A stretch of DNA of 64,000 nt, taken from the NCBI GenBank assembly GCA_003566635.1, contig PXCK01000085.1:1241-65240 (forward strand), read 5' to 3'. Below are positions 1 to 9,556 of this stretch, piece after piece (position 1 is the first letter of the stretch; each line of letters starts with the position of its first letter). This DNA comes from Balneolia bacterium (GTDB lineage Bacteria > Bacteroidota > Rhodothermia > Balneolales > Cyclonatronaceae). A program made the position numbers and the translations under genes. The notes beneath the pieces were generated by a model, which saw nothing but the letters and a program-made list of their open reading frames with translations, made no database searches and was not told the origin of the DNA.

Positions 1-741
1 TTCAAGAGTATCTATTCGCTTAGAAACCAGTGATTGCCTCGATTCAAACTCCTCCGCAGAAATACCTGCCGCTTGCTCTTTTAGCTTTGGTTGTTCCCGG
101 TAAGATTCTTCAACATGCTCCGGCAACGAGTCTTTCAACGATGAAACAAACTCCTGAAGCGAATGTTTTAAAGAGTCTTTAATGATACGAGCATGGGCAG
201 ATTCAACTTCTATGCTACTAAATTCATCAACTCTTAATTGAAGTGACAGTATTGTTTTACCGGTAAATAAAGTTGAATCGGCATCTAAAACCCTTTTTGT
301 TGCAACTTCTAATTGATCGGTAATTTTTCGTGAATTTTGATGAACTTTACCGGCAAGTTTTGCAGCAAATCGTTCAATATTATCAATCTGTCTGATTCCA
401 ATATTTACAGGAGCAAGGTGAAAACAAAGTCTACGGAGGGAAGAATATTCAAGAATAATGCTGTTTAAATCTTGCTGAATAGATAAAAGAGCTTTTCGAT
501 ATTGAGCATCGTTTGAAACTTCTGAAAGTTCAGCTAATACATCACTTATTCCTTTATTCTCCAACTTATTTCTGGAGAATGATCTTAAATAATGAAGCCT
601 TCCATCTGACAAGGCAGATTGAAGCCCACCAACTTGTGTTTCAATTTGAAGGGTAAAATCATCGAACTCACGGATAAAATCCGCAGAGTTTCCGATATAA
701 TGATGAACGGTTTCTATTGGTTTTTCAGATAGGGAATACAT
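1..741 (-). CDS. hypothetical protein, first 247 codons (gene runs off the left edge)
   Basis: Absent from the supplied track because it is open at the window edge. My hand translation of the minus strand from ATG 741-739 (MYSLSEKPIETVHHYIGNSADFIREFDDF...) stayed open in the stretches I translated (741-361), and the frame reaches base 1 exactly. Helical-looking, with no recognisable motif. Confidence 0.45.
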   Translation of the reverse strand, partial: MYSLSEKPIETVHHYIGNSADFIREFDDFTLQIETQVGGLQSALSDGRLHYLRSFSRNKLENKGISDVLAELSEVSNDAQYRKALLSIQQDLNSIILEYSSLRRLCFHLAPVNIGIRQIDNIERFAAKLAGKVHQNSRKITDQLEVATKRVLDADSTLFTGKTILSLQLRVDEFSSIEVESAHARIIKDSLKHSLQEFVSSLKDSLPEHVEESYREQPKLKEQAAGISAEEFESRQSLVSKRIDTLE

Positions 742-793
742 ATTTCAAAATAATTATTCTTTTTCGAAGATACGTATCCCTAACCAACTTTTT

Positions 794-1150
794 CTACAAA
801 AACATAAAAAACAACATTCTAATAAATACGCTCATTACACTAATTACCAGAACTGCTGCCGCCAGTACCGCAAACGAATCTATTTTGTAATCTTCTACTG
901 CCTTGGTAACTATATACATGGCAAGAAGTGCTGCAATTATACTCGAAATAATATGCGTGCCGAGCATCAAACCCAATGTGAGTGCTTTGAGTACTACAAC
1001 TATCACTGCTTTTAGAATCGCAAAAGATATTAAGTATATGAAAGATGCGGAAAGTACTGTACTGGTTTTCTTCATTTCGATTCCTTCCATTCGGGTGGAT
1101 ACAAAATAAAATGCCAAAGTAACAATAATGTATTCTATTACGAAGCTCAT
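794..1150 (-). CDS. small 4-TM membrane protein, YvlD/DUF360 (phage-holin-4-like) type
   Basis: 118 aa, almost entirely hydrophobic. The segment LTLGLMLGTHIISSIIAALLAMYIVTKAVEDYKIDSFAVLAAAVLVISV resembles the YvlD-family pattern as I remember it. The two overlapping track ORFs are shadows. Confidence 0.5.
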   Translation of the reverse strand: MSFVIEYIIVTLAFYFVSTRMEGIEMKKTSTVLSASFIYLISFAILKAVIVVVLKALTLGLMLGTHIISSIIAALLAMYIVTKAVEDYKIDSFAVLAAAVLVISVMSVFIRMLFFMFL

Positions 1151-1276
1151 AATTCAGACGATTTGGTGATAAAAACATGTATGGATAACCCAACTCGCAG
1201 AATGAGTTGGAACGTCTAAAATATTACGCTAAGTAAGGCTAATTGGTTACAACTTAGGCAAGGATAAGTTTTCTGG

Positions 1277-1503
1277 CCCGGATTATTCACCAAAAAATTT
1301 TCTTGGTAGCAAGGCGTAGGTGAAAAATCAGCGGAAGGGTACCTTAGTACCCTGTGCATGACTTTTTCTCCTTCAACGCAGCTAGCATGGAAATTTTGTA
1401 GCTTTCAAACCACACCCAAATTTGAGTGAGTGAGGCATTTTTCTAAATACAAAATTTTTAATAGTATAAGATTTAAATTTCGTACTTTCGTGAATAATTC
1501 GGG
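1277..1503. repeat. copy A of a ~225-nt intergenic element with 14-bp terminal inverted repeats (candidate structured RNA or MITE)
   Basis: Starts CCCGGATTATTCAC and ends GTGAATAATTCGGG. Collinear with 14194-14418 at about 80% identity by eye. Has internal stems, including GGGTAC/GTACCC. No ORF is conserved between the copies. Confidence 0.7.
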
Positions 1504-1509
1504 CTAGCT

Positions 1510-2619
1510 TTAACTAATTGTAGTAAACCGTTTCCCTTGCAGCGCTTTTATAAAACCGTCCATTTCCAAATCAAGTAAATCAACCAGAAGCTCATGAGTT
1601 GGTTTATTCAATCCTTCGGAAAGCTCGTCAATGTGCAATTCTTTTGAACCAATAAACTCGACGAGTTTTTTTTGAAATTCAGACAGTTTGGACATATCCG
1701 GTGTTGGTGAAGCTAACCCATTTTCTTTTTCTACTACCATTAATGCAGAAAATTCTTCAAAAATATCTTGTTCATTCATTACTAATTTTCCGGCACCCGA
1801 TTTAATTAAGGAGTTACATCCCATCCCTCGTTTTGATTTTATAGTATGAGGTACCACGAAAACTTCCCTTCCCTGCTCTAAAGCTAAATTAGCCGTTATC
1901 ATGCTTCCACCTGTCAATTCCGATTCTACTACCAATACTCCTTTTGACATACCGCTCACAACCCGATTTCTAGTAGGAAAGTTGGGGGCATCGGGTTTTC
2001 TACCTAATGGAAATTCAGAGATAACAGCCCCACCGGTATCAACAATTTTTTCAACAAGTTTTTTATTTTCGGCCGGGTAAATTACATCAATGCCTGAACC
2101 CAATACAGCTATAGTTGGCTTATTAAACTTCACAGCCGATTGATGTGCAATAGTATCAATCCCAAGTGCAAGACCACTAATAATCGTAAAACCTTTTTCA
2201 ACAATTTTTTCTGAAAAGAATTGAGCCGCTTCTTTGCCGTAGGATGATGGTCTTCTGGTACCAATTACAGCAAAGCACAAATCGTTAAGAATGTTTCTAT
2301 CACCCATACCCCAAAGCAACAATGGCGGACTGTGAATGTGACGAAGCGCTTCGGGATATTCCTCATCTGCTTGCGAAATTAACCACCATCCACCCTTCTC
2401 GGTCTTCTCCAGGATTTGATCTACTAAATCCCATTTGTCAAACTTTCTTATTCGGCCGATTATTTTTGTGCCAATGCCCGGTAACCTTTTAAATACCTTG
2501 TCGGGTGATTGAAAAATATCTTCCGGCTTTTTGACGGCACTCAATAGCATAGAGGCTTTTTGAGCCCCTAAACCATCTACAAGCAAAAGCGCAATCTGGT
2601 GCCGAATAAGGTTATTCAT
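1510..2619 (-). CDS. dprA: DNA-processing protein DprA (Smf)
   Basis: 369 aa with DprA Rossmann-like core motifs GTRRPSSYG, ISGLALGIDTIAHQ and GGSMITANLALEQGREVF, plus a C-terminal winged-helix-like tail. Confidence 0.9.
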   Translation of the reverse strand: MNNLIRHQIALLLVDGLGAQKASMLLSAVKKPEDIFQSPDKVFKRLPGIGTKIIGRIRKFDKWDLVDQILEKTEKGGWWLISQADEEYPEALRHIHSPPLLLWGMGDRNILNDLCFAVIGTRRPSSYGKEAAQFFSEKIVEKGFTIISGLALGIDTIAHQSAVKFNKPTIAVLGSGIDVIYPAENKKLVEKIVDTGGAVISEFPLGRKPDAPNFPTRNRVVSGMSKGVLVVESELTGGSMITANLALEQGREVFVVPHTIKSKRGMGCNSLIKSGAGKLVMNEQDIFEEFSALMVVEKENGLASPTPDMSKLSEFQKKLVEFIGSKELHIDELSEGLNKPTHELLVDLLDLEMDGFIKALQGKRFTTIS

Positions 2620-3592
2620 GTACTTTAGGAAGAGTTTTCCAAATAAGTTCTTTAAGTTCGTCTAATCCATGCCCTGTGGCGCTCGAAATATAAACTACCG
2701 GACAATCCAGTTCCGGCTCATCTTCTAATACAAAACCGGGCTGTAAATCCATTTTAGTAACGGCTATTATCCTGGGTTTCTCAATTAGGTCCTGCCGATA
2801 GTTTTTCAACTCATCCTTCAAAATTTGATACTCCGCCTCAATATCCGTATCAGATGCAATTACAAATAATAAAATATTATTCCGTTCAATATGCCTCAAG
2901 AAGCGAACACCTAAACCCTTACCCTTGTGAGCTTCTTCAATAATACCGGGGATATCAGCCATTACAAAACTTCTGAAATCCGAAAGTTGAACAACACCTA
3001 AATTTGGTTCAAGAGTAGTAAAAGGGTAATCTGCAATTTTGGGAGTTGCAGCTGATATAGATGATAAAAGGGTACTTTTCCCTGCGTTAGGAAATCCAAC
3101 AAGGCCAATATCTGCTATTAGCTTTAATTCAATTTCCACTACTACTTCTTCTCCGGCTTCCCCCGGTTGTGAAAATCTTGGAGCCTGATGAGTAGATGAT
3201 TTAAAAAACGCATTTCCTCTTCCGCCAATCCCCCCTTTGGCTATGACCAACTCCTGACCTTCTTCAGTAATTTCACCAATATAACGTCTTGTTTCGAACT
3301 CGTATACAACAGTTCCTAAGGGAACTTCAAGAACAACATCTTCACCATCTTTACCACTTTTATTGGCGGAACCTCCATTTTGTCCGTGAGGGGCTTTAAT
3401 AAACTTTTTGTACCTCAAATCGAGAAGGGTATTCATGTGGGGATTACCCTTTAAAACTATATCTGCTCCCTTGCCGCCATCGCCACCATCAGGACCACCC
3501 TTAGGGATATATTTTTCCCGACGAAAGTGAACAGAACCTGCACCACCGGAACCGGCAGTTAGATATAGTTTTGCGTAGTCTGCAAATCGCAT
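2612..3592 (-). CDS. obg: GTPase Obg/CgtA
   Basis: Glycine-rich Obg fold (GGPDGGDGGKGADIVL, GGIGGRGN). GTPase motifs G1 GFPNAGKST, G3 DIPG and G4 TKMD. Overlaps the dprA start by 8 nt. Confidence 0.93.
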   Translation of the reverse strand: MRFADYAKLYLTAGSGGAGSVHFRREKYIPKGGPDGGDGGKGADIVLKGNPHMNTLLDLRYKKFIKAPHGQNGGSANKSGKDGEDVVLEVPLGTVVYEFETRRYIGEITEEGQELVIAKGGIGGRGNAFFKSSTHQAPRFSQPGEAGEEVVVEIELKLIADIGLVGFPNAGKSTLLSSISAATPKIADYPFTTLEPNLGVVQLSDFRSFVMADIPGIIEEAHKGKGLGVRFLRHIERNNILLFVIASDTDIEAEYQILKDELKNYRQDLIEKPRIIAVTKMDLQPGFVLEDEPELDCPVVYISSATGHGLDELKELIWKTLPKVHE

Positions 3593-3619
3593 AAATTTTA
3601 AAATAAGCTTATAGTAATG

Positions 3620-4471
3620 CTACTTCTCGTAGCTTTTAGACACAACCTTTAAAAGTCTGCCAATTTTGTTTTTCATATTTGGTCGTGATACAATAAAATC
3701 AAGAAAGCCATGCTCTAATAAATATTCTGATGTTTGGAAACCATCCGGCAAGTCACGACCTATTGTTTGGCGAATTACTCGCGGACCTGCAAAACCGATA
3801 AGTGCGTTAGGCTCACCAATATTGAAATCTCCCAACATTGCAAAACTGGCCGTTACACCACCTGTAGTCGGGTTTGTCATTACACTTATGTAAGGAACAC
3901 CCGCTTCAGAGAGCTTTGCAAGTTTGGCAGATGTTTTTGCCATTTGCATGAGCGACAAAACACTTTCCATCATTCTTGCACCACCTGATTGTGAAATAAT
4001 GATAAGTGGGATTTTTTTCTTTAACGACATATCGATTGCCTGAGACAAAACCTCACCAACTACAGAACCCATACTACCACCAATAAACCTAAAATCCATA
4101 CAGGCAATTACAACATCTAACTTCTTAAGTGTTCCTACTGCTGCTTTGGCGGCATCATTCATGCCCGTTTTGGCTCTGGTATCTTCAAGTCGCTTCGAGT
4201 ATTTTTTCCTGTCAGTAAACTCAAGAGGATCCGCGGCTATAATATCATTAGCAAATTCTGTATAAGAACCTTCATCAAACAAGTAAGAGAAATATTCTTT
4301 ACTCCCTACGGGAAAGTGATATCCACTAGCAGGGCAAACCCAATAATTATCTTCTAATTCCCTTCTATGAACTGTTTCTCCTGTTGTTGGGACCATAATC
4401 CAAACGCCTTCAGGCATTTCCTTCGGCGTTTCTGTTTGAATATTAGAATCTGTTCTTTTGAACCAAGACAT
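3620..4471 (-). CDS. accD: acetyl-CoA carboxylase carboxyltransferase beta subunit
   Basis: The N terminus MSWFKR...PEGVW parallels E. coli AccD. Carboxyltransferase motifs FIGGSMGSVVGE and SGGARMMES are present. Confidence 0.92.
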   Translation of the reverse strand: MSWFKRTDSNIQTETPKEMPEGVWIMVPTTGETVHRRELEDNYWVCPASGYHFPVGSKEYFSYLFDEGSYTEFANDIIAADPLEFTDRKKYSKRLEDTRAKTGMNDAAKAAVGTLKKLDVVIACMDFRFIGGSMGSVVGEVLSQAIDMSLKKKIPLIIISQSGGARMMESVLSLMQMAKTSAKLAKLSEAGVPYISVMTNPTTGGVTASFAMLGDFNIGEPNALIGFAGPRVIRQTIGRDLPDGFQTSEYLLEHGFLDFIVSRPNMKNKIGRLLKVVSKSYEK

Positions 4472-4541
4472 ACAAATCGATTTTTATTTCTTTAGATAAT
4501 TATTTTTGCCCTATAAAATACAGAATTAATAGTGTTAGCTC

Positions 4542-5231
4542 CTAATCATTTGGGGTATTCATAACTTCCGGAAGCTTGTAAACAGGTTCGAAATTGTTTA
4601 CGTCTGCTAAATTGGAATAATCCTGAGAATTCACCAATCCAGTTACATCAAGTAAAGACTCTGCCATGATCACATCCGATGCACTAATTATTTTTGATGA
4701 TTTCCCTATATCGGGTAGTCTGTTTACACCATCACCTGCAATAATATCTCCATCTTCTACAGAATCAACAATATCAGAAATAGGTCTTGTTGCAGCGTCA
4801 TTTAAAGCAAATAAATAATTAGTATCCCTATCATACTTGAATATTCTATGGTACAGATGTGTTCTGCGCGCATTAACGACTGCATGTATTCTTTTAGATG
4901 GATTAGCAATCTTAGCGGCTTTCAAAGCAATTGAGGCAAGACCATCTACAATAGAAAATGAAGCAGTTGAATTAAATAACAAACCTTTAACAAGGCTTGT
5001 TGAAATTCTTAATCCGGTAAAAGAACCCGGCCCTCCGTTAAGTACTATCTGATCAATATCATAAAATGAAATTCCCGCCTGTTCTGTTACTTCACTCACA
5101 AACATTATGGCTTTTTCTGAGTGTATTCCCATTCCTGAAGTTGACCGGCTTATAACATTTCCATCATTTAGCTTAAGAGCTACACTGCAAATTGATGTTG
5201 ATGTTTCAATAGCTAATGACTTTTTTGACAT
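4542..5231 (-). CDS. tsaB: tRNA t6A biosynthesis protein TsaB (YeaZ)
   Basis: LAIETSTSICSVAL and GPGSFTGLRI motifs of the ASKHA-fold TsaB family; 229 aa. Confidence 0.85.
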   Translation of the reverse strand: MSKKSLAIETSTSICSVALKLNDGNVISRSTSGMGIHSEKAIMFVSEVTEQAGISFYDIDQIVLNGGPGSFTGLRISTSLVKGLLFNSTASFSIVDGLASIALKAAKIANPSKRIHAVVNARRTHLYHRIFKYDRDTNYLFALNDAATRPISDIVDSVEDGDIIAGDGVNRLPDIGKSSKIISASDVIMAESLLDVTGLVNSQDYSNLADVNNFEPVYKLPEVMNTPND

Positions 5232-5235
5232 AATG

Positions 5236-6780
5236 TTACCAGGTTGGATTTACGTAATCGGGATCTTCAATTACAAATTGCCAATTACCTCTAAAAATAT
5301 TTAAGCGACCAACAAATTGAATTTCATCGGTATTACCTGCAAAATCAGCCAATAATTCACGTACTGGAACACCCGGAGACCACAAATCAAATGTTTCATT
5401 ATTGATTACTACTTTAAAATCAGATGTAATTTGCGCTTCAACCAGATACAGTTGGTCGAAATAGTCAATGTTTCTAATGTCGTTTTGATAATCTACCGTT
5501 AGGGTTCTCAAACTGTTTTTATCCGGCAAAGCGTATTGCACTCTTATTGGTTTCCAGTATTCGTCGTCGGTAAAGCCGGGGTTATCAAGTGTCAATTTCT
5601 TTGATGGCTCATCATCATATACAACTGTGAACTGCATACTAATTGGCAAGTGATCGGAATATCCCCCTCCATTTTCATAAAAGTGCCACCTTCTGGGAGC
5701 GCCACTATTTTTATATACATTTTTGCCGGGGAATCTACCAACATCAAAAGAATTATCTACATATTGTATGCCATTATAATCGTATAATCCGCTTCCAATC
5801 ATAATTTGCATAAGTGTACCCCAGTACCCTCTAAAAGTGTCGGATCCCCTTTCATCAACAGGTATTTCATACCAAAGATTATATACATAACTACCTTCGT
5901 AATTCTTCACAGCTCTTTCATCACCGCTAGATTTCAAAACATCGTTGACGGCAGTAGTTTCCATATAACTGTATCTGTATGATTGATTGTAATCACTATT
6001 AAAATCACCACCTAAAATATAATCTACATTTGGGTTTTCTACCCTTAACTCATTCAGTCGGTTTTTTAAGATTTGTGCATTTTGCACCCTAATTTTTTCA
6101 ATTTCAGCATCAGAAGCCCTCGATCTCCAGTGATTGTTAAATAGTGCTAGCTCATATCCATCAACAACTACCCAAGTTTCTAATATTGGTCGTGCGCCCT
6201 CAATAACATGTGATTTAGTCTTTTCATGAAGAATTGGGAATCTCGAAAAAATTACATTTTTTTGAACATGACGAGGTCGATGATTCTCATCTAAATCATA
6301 AGCTACTGATACGTCGTAGCCTTTCATTCCTAAATCATACATGGCTTTAAGCAATAAATACTCAGAAGGAAGATCCTTAATATCATCATTCAATCCCGTT
6401 GTTAACATTTCTTGGATGGTAATATGCTTATATTTCTTCAGAAACTCATCGGCTGTTGGGCGCTCTCCCTCCGGATATTGTGAATAATCGCTTTCAATTT
6501 CTACAAACATAATAATATCAGGACCATTACCACTGTTGTAACGAGCCATTAAACGACTGGTTTTCTCAAGTTTTGTTAGTACATGTGCAGGTGTATATTG
6601 TGGGTTACCGTTCCTATCCGTTGGCTTGTAATCATCAAAAATAGCATAGCCATCTAAGTCAAAAAGGTTTTCAACATTGTGCACAACTAAAGTATAAGGT
6701 TGAGCATTAGACAGATTAGGTGTTAAGTTCGTAAGAAATACAACTGTGGTTATAACCGTCAGCATCTTTGTCAATTTCAT
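5236..6780 (-). CDS. secreted endonuclease/exonuclease/phosphatase (EEP) family protein
   Basis: The track ORF reaches 6816, but MKLTKMLTVITTVVFLTNL...SNAQ (ATG at 6780) reads as the signal peptide. EEP motifs are VHNVENLFD, GGDFNSD and SDHLPIS. Confidence 0.7.
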   Translation of the reverse strand: MKLTKMLTVITTVVFLTNLTPNLSNAQPYTLVVHNVENLFDLDGYAIFDDYKPTDRNGNPQYTPAHVLTKLEKTSRLMARYNSGNGPDIIMFVEIESDYSQYPEGERPTADEFLKKYKHITIQEMLTTGLNDDIKDLPSEYLLLKAMYDLGMKGYDVSVAYDLDENHRPRHVQKNVIFSRFPILHEKTKSHVIEGARPILETWVVVDGYELALFNNHWRSRASDAEIEKIRVQNAQILKNRLNELRVENPNVDYILGGDFNSDYNQSYRYSYMETTAVNDVLKSSGDERAVKNYEGSYVYNLWYEIPVDERGSDTFRGYWGTLMQIMIGSGLYDYNGIQYVDNSFDVGRFPGKNVYKNSGAPRRWHFYENGGGYSDHLPISMQFTVVYDDEPSKKLTLDNPGFTDDEYWKPIRVQYALPDKNSLRTLTVDYQNDIRNIDYFDQLYLVEAQITSDFKVVINNETFDLWSPGVPVRELLADFAGNTDEIQFVGRLNIFRGNWQFVIEDPDYVNPTW

Positions 6781-6994
6781 AAAAAAAATCCTCATAAAAA
6801 TTAAAGTAATAATCAATTTACCAAAGTTTATGGAGTGAAGCCTTGAAAATTATAACTTCAATATTGATTTAGTAAACAGTCTTAAGGCTGTAATTAGCTG
6901 TTAAATAAGGTTAAGATTATTTGCCCTCCGTTATTAAGTCAAAAAAAATGTTTTAATTATAGCATACATTAATACTGTTAGATTTTACTAACTA

Positions 6995-8461
6995 GTGAAC
7001 AATTTTTATTTAAATATCACCATTTTATTTAGTTTCTTGCTGATTTTCGGCGGTTGCAGATCTGATATTACACAAATTTCAGGTCAGATTGATAATGGTC
7101 ATTTTTCGGATATTACGCTCGTATTCCCAAAGTTGCATTATAAATATGCTTCTGAAGATGCAATTTATTTGACAACTGACAGTGATGGTCGCTTTAATTT
7201 TACAATTGATATTGAAAAACCTAAAATACTTCATTTAAGAGCATTTGGTTATGAATATCCTGTTTTCATCGAACCGGGAAGGCATCTCAAACTTAACGCT
7301 AACAGAAACTCATTCCCTTTAGACACTCAAGTTCGAGGATTTGGAAATGATTATAATACTAGATTACAATCCTTTTTAGCCAAATCACAACAATTTGATC
7401 GGCACTTGGCGACTGAAAGACGTAAAATGTTAAGAAATGATGAGCATGAACTTTTCAATGTACACAGGGTTCGTATACAATCTGCTAAGGAATACCTTAG
7501 TGGAACACCATTTGCTTTTCTAATCAAGAAATACATTGGAGAATTTTTAGTTCATCGATTAGAAGAAATAGGAGCCAACAAAAATATCCCAAATTATAGT
7601 GTCAATGCAGCAAGATCTTATGTTTTGAAAGAAGCTATGGAGTATGATTTTTTTACTTACAATAGCTTGATAGCCCAAAGGGCAGGTATAAGAGATTTTG
7701 CCGATGCATGGGTAAAAACCTTTGGAATTCAAACACAACTCGAAGAAGAATTGAGGCGAAGTCTAACCGAAAACGATTGGAAACATTTGGGTTTTCAACA
7801 GGCTAACGACGCACGCAAAATGTTGCTCGATTATATCGATGATAAAGATGCTTTAGCACATGCTCAAATGTATCTAAATGCTGAACGAATTACAGAAGCT
7901 CCATTTCAGTATGCCATTGATTACCTACTTGATTTTAACGTGAACTTTAGTGAGTACAACTCTTACGTTTCATTTTTGAATAACCTATATAAAGAAGTAG
8001 AGAAAGTACAGCCTGGCAACCGAGCTATAAATTTCGAGCTGGAGGATGTACAAGGAGACACGATTAAATTATCTAATTTAAAAGGCAGATATGTATTACT
8101 TGATTTTTGGGCGAGTTGGTGTACCCCATGTCTGGTTGAGTTTCCATATATGGAAGAGTTATATCAGAAATATTCTAAATATGATTTAGAAATCGTTTCA
8201 ATTTCTATCGATGAAGATATTCAAAACTGGAAAAACGCTATAGATAGATTTGAGCACCCCTGGATACAAATACATGCCAAAGGTGGGTTTAATAATGAAT
8301 TATTTAATACTTATAGAGCCGGGGGGGTGCCGTACTATATATTAATTGATCGAAATGGATACATAGTTAGCAATAATACCATAAGACCTTCATTCAATCT
8401 AATTGATGTTTTTGAAGATTTACTTCTTAATGAGCTAGATCACACGTATGTAATGCAGTAA
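6995..8461 (+). CDS. TlpA-family thiol-disulfide oxidoreductase with a ~330-aa N-terminal domain of unknown function (lipoprotein)
   Basis: GTG start. Lipobox LIFGGC. C-terminal thioredoxin fold with the redox motif WASWCTPC. Confidence 0.8.
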   Translation: MNNFYLNITILFSFLLIFGGCRSDITQISGQIDNGHFSDITLVFPKLHYKYASEDAIYLTTDSDGRFNFTIDIEKPKILHLRAFGYEYPVFIEPGRHLKLNANRNSFPLDTQVRGFGNDYNTRLQSFLAKSQQFDRHLATERRKMLRNDEHELFNVHRVRIQSAKEYLSGTPFAFLIKKYIGEFLVHRLEEIGANKNIPNYSVNAARSYVLKEAMEYDFFTYNSLIAQRAGIRDFADAWVKTFGIQTQLEEELRRSLTENDWKHLGFQQANDARKMLLDYIDDKDALAHAQMYLNAERITEAPFQYAIDYLLDFNVNFSEYNSYVSFLNNLYKEVEKVQPGNRAINFELEDVQGDTIKLSNLKGRYVLLDFWASWCTPCLVEFPYMEELYQKYSKYDLEIVSISIDEDIQNWKNAIDRFEHPWIQIHAKGGFNNELFNTYRAGGVPYYILIDRNGYIVSNNTIRPSFNLIDVFEDLLLNELDHTYVMQ

Positions 8462-8581
8462 CGTATATTTCATTGATTATACTTTACTTAACGAACAAAA
8501 ACAGATAACAAACTTTGCTTAGTATTAGTTTTTTGCTTATATTTTAAAGTTATTTATTACAGTATTGCAATCTGATTCGCT

Positions 8582-9556
8582 TTGAAACACTATTATTACT
8601 ACGATTCTGAAAAAGGGGAATTTGTTAATGTGAATTATCCGCTAAGGGACAGGGTTTTTCATACAATAACAAGTTGGTTTATTATTGGAATGGTTCTATC
8701 CGGCTTCATTGTGTCCGGCTTAACATTTATTTCGGGCTCCCCTTCTGAGATTTCGCTTAAAAAGGAAAATGAAGTTCTCTTAGAAGAATTTCAAAGAAAT
8801 GTTACTGTACTCTCTGAACTGCAAAACAAGATTAATACATTAGCAAACAGAGATAACGAAATATACCGAACAGTTCTTGGTTTGGATGAAATACCTGAAG
8901 ATGAACGACTTGCAGGTGTTGGTGGTACAGATATGAACCCACTTTACTCTGAATTAAGGCAACCGGTTGGCGACCTGCTTCGCCAAGCTTCTCTTGAATT
9001 AGAAACTATCGAGCATCAGATTAATAACCAAGATTTGAGCCTGAAGGAAATTAAAGCTTACTACAACTATAATTCTCAGAAAATGATGAATTTACCTGTA
9101 CTAAGACCTGTAGAGGGCATTATTATGAGTGGTTATGGAATGCGTATACACCCCATTTTTAGAGTGAGAAGAATGCATCAAGGGGTTGACTTTCGTGCTA
9201 GAGTTGGAACACCTGTGTATGCACCCGGTGACGGCATTATAAAACATGCAGCCAATAAGCCCGGAGGGTTTGGGCTTACAATTGAGATTGACCACGACTT
9301 TGGCTATTTAACAAGATATGCTCACCTATCCGGATTCGCAGAGGGAATTAGACCCGGAACAAAAGTAAGTAGAGGCGATTTAATTGGATATACAGGTAGA
9401 ACAGGACGCGTAAATGGACCTCATTTACACTACGAGGTAATGAGAGAAGGGCAGCATGTAGACCCAATGAATTACCTGTTTGCAGATCTTACTCCACAGG
9501 AATACAGACTATTTAGGCAAATATCCGAAGATTCTTTTAGAGCTTCAGAAGATTAA
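8582..9556 (+). CDS. M23 family metallopeptidase
   Basis: TTG start, N-terminal TM segment and a coiled-coil. LytM-domain motifs HQGVDF and GPHLHYEV. Confidence 0.85.
   Translation: MKHYYYYDSEKGEFVNVNYPLRDRVFHTITSWFIIGMVLSGFIVSGLTFISGSPSEISLKKENEVLLEEFQRNVTVLSELQNKINTLANRDNEIYRTVLGLDEIPEDERLAGVGGTDMNPLYSELRQPVGDLLRQASLELETIEHQINNQDLSLKEIKAYYNYNSQKMMNLPVLRPVEGIIMSGYGMRIHPIFRVRRMHQGVDFRARVGTPVYAPGDGIIKHAANKPGGFGLTIEIDHDFGYLTRYAHLSGFAEGIRPGTKVSRGDLIGYTGRTGRVNGPHLHYEVMREGQHVDPMNYLFADLTPQEYRLFRQISEDSFRASED

Noticed and set aside
840-1193. Track ORFs 840-1193 (minus) and 903-1109 (plus), overlapping the 118-aa membrane-protein gene
   Set aside because: These are alternative-frame or antisense shadows of 794-1150. 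The translations are Cys/Arg/Ser-rich with no membrane or globular character, whereas 794-1150 gives a coherent 4-TM protein.
1290-1360. Small minus-strand ORFs inside the two repeat elements (MHRVLRYPSADFSPTPCYQENFLVNNPG... in copy A and MLRELRYPSDHLPSSLCYQENFLVNNPG... in copy B), preceded by AGGAG in copy A
   Set aside because: The frame is kept only because there are no indels. 9 of the 11 nucleotide differences between the copies change the amino acid, and the AGGAG is not conserved in copy B (AAGAT). The differences instead fall on paired arms of a stem. A non-coding structure explains the data better than a peptide.
1277-1503. Retron msr/msd RNA or a group II intron fragment as the identity of the inverted-repeat element
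   Set aside because: There is no reverse transcriptase ORF next to either copy or anywhere in the window. I see no domain V-like GAGC...GUUC hairpin. Retron RNAs are not normally present in two dispersed copies.
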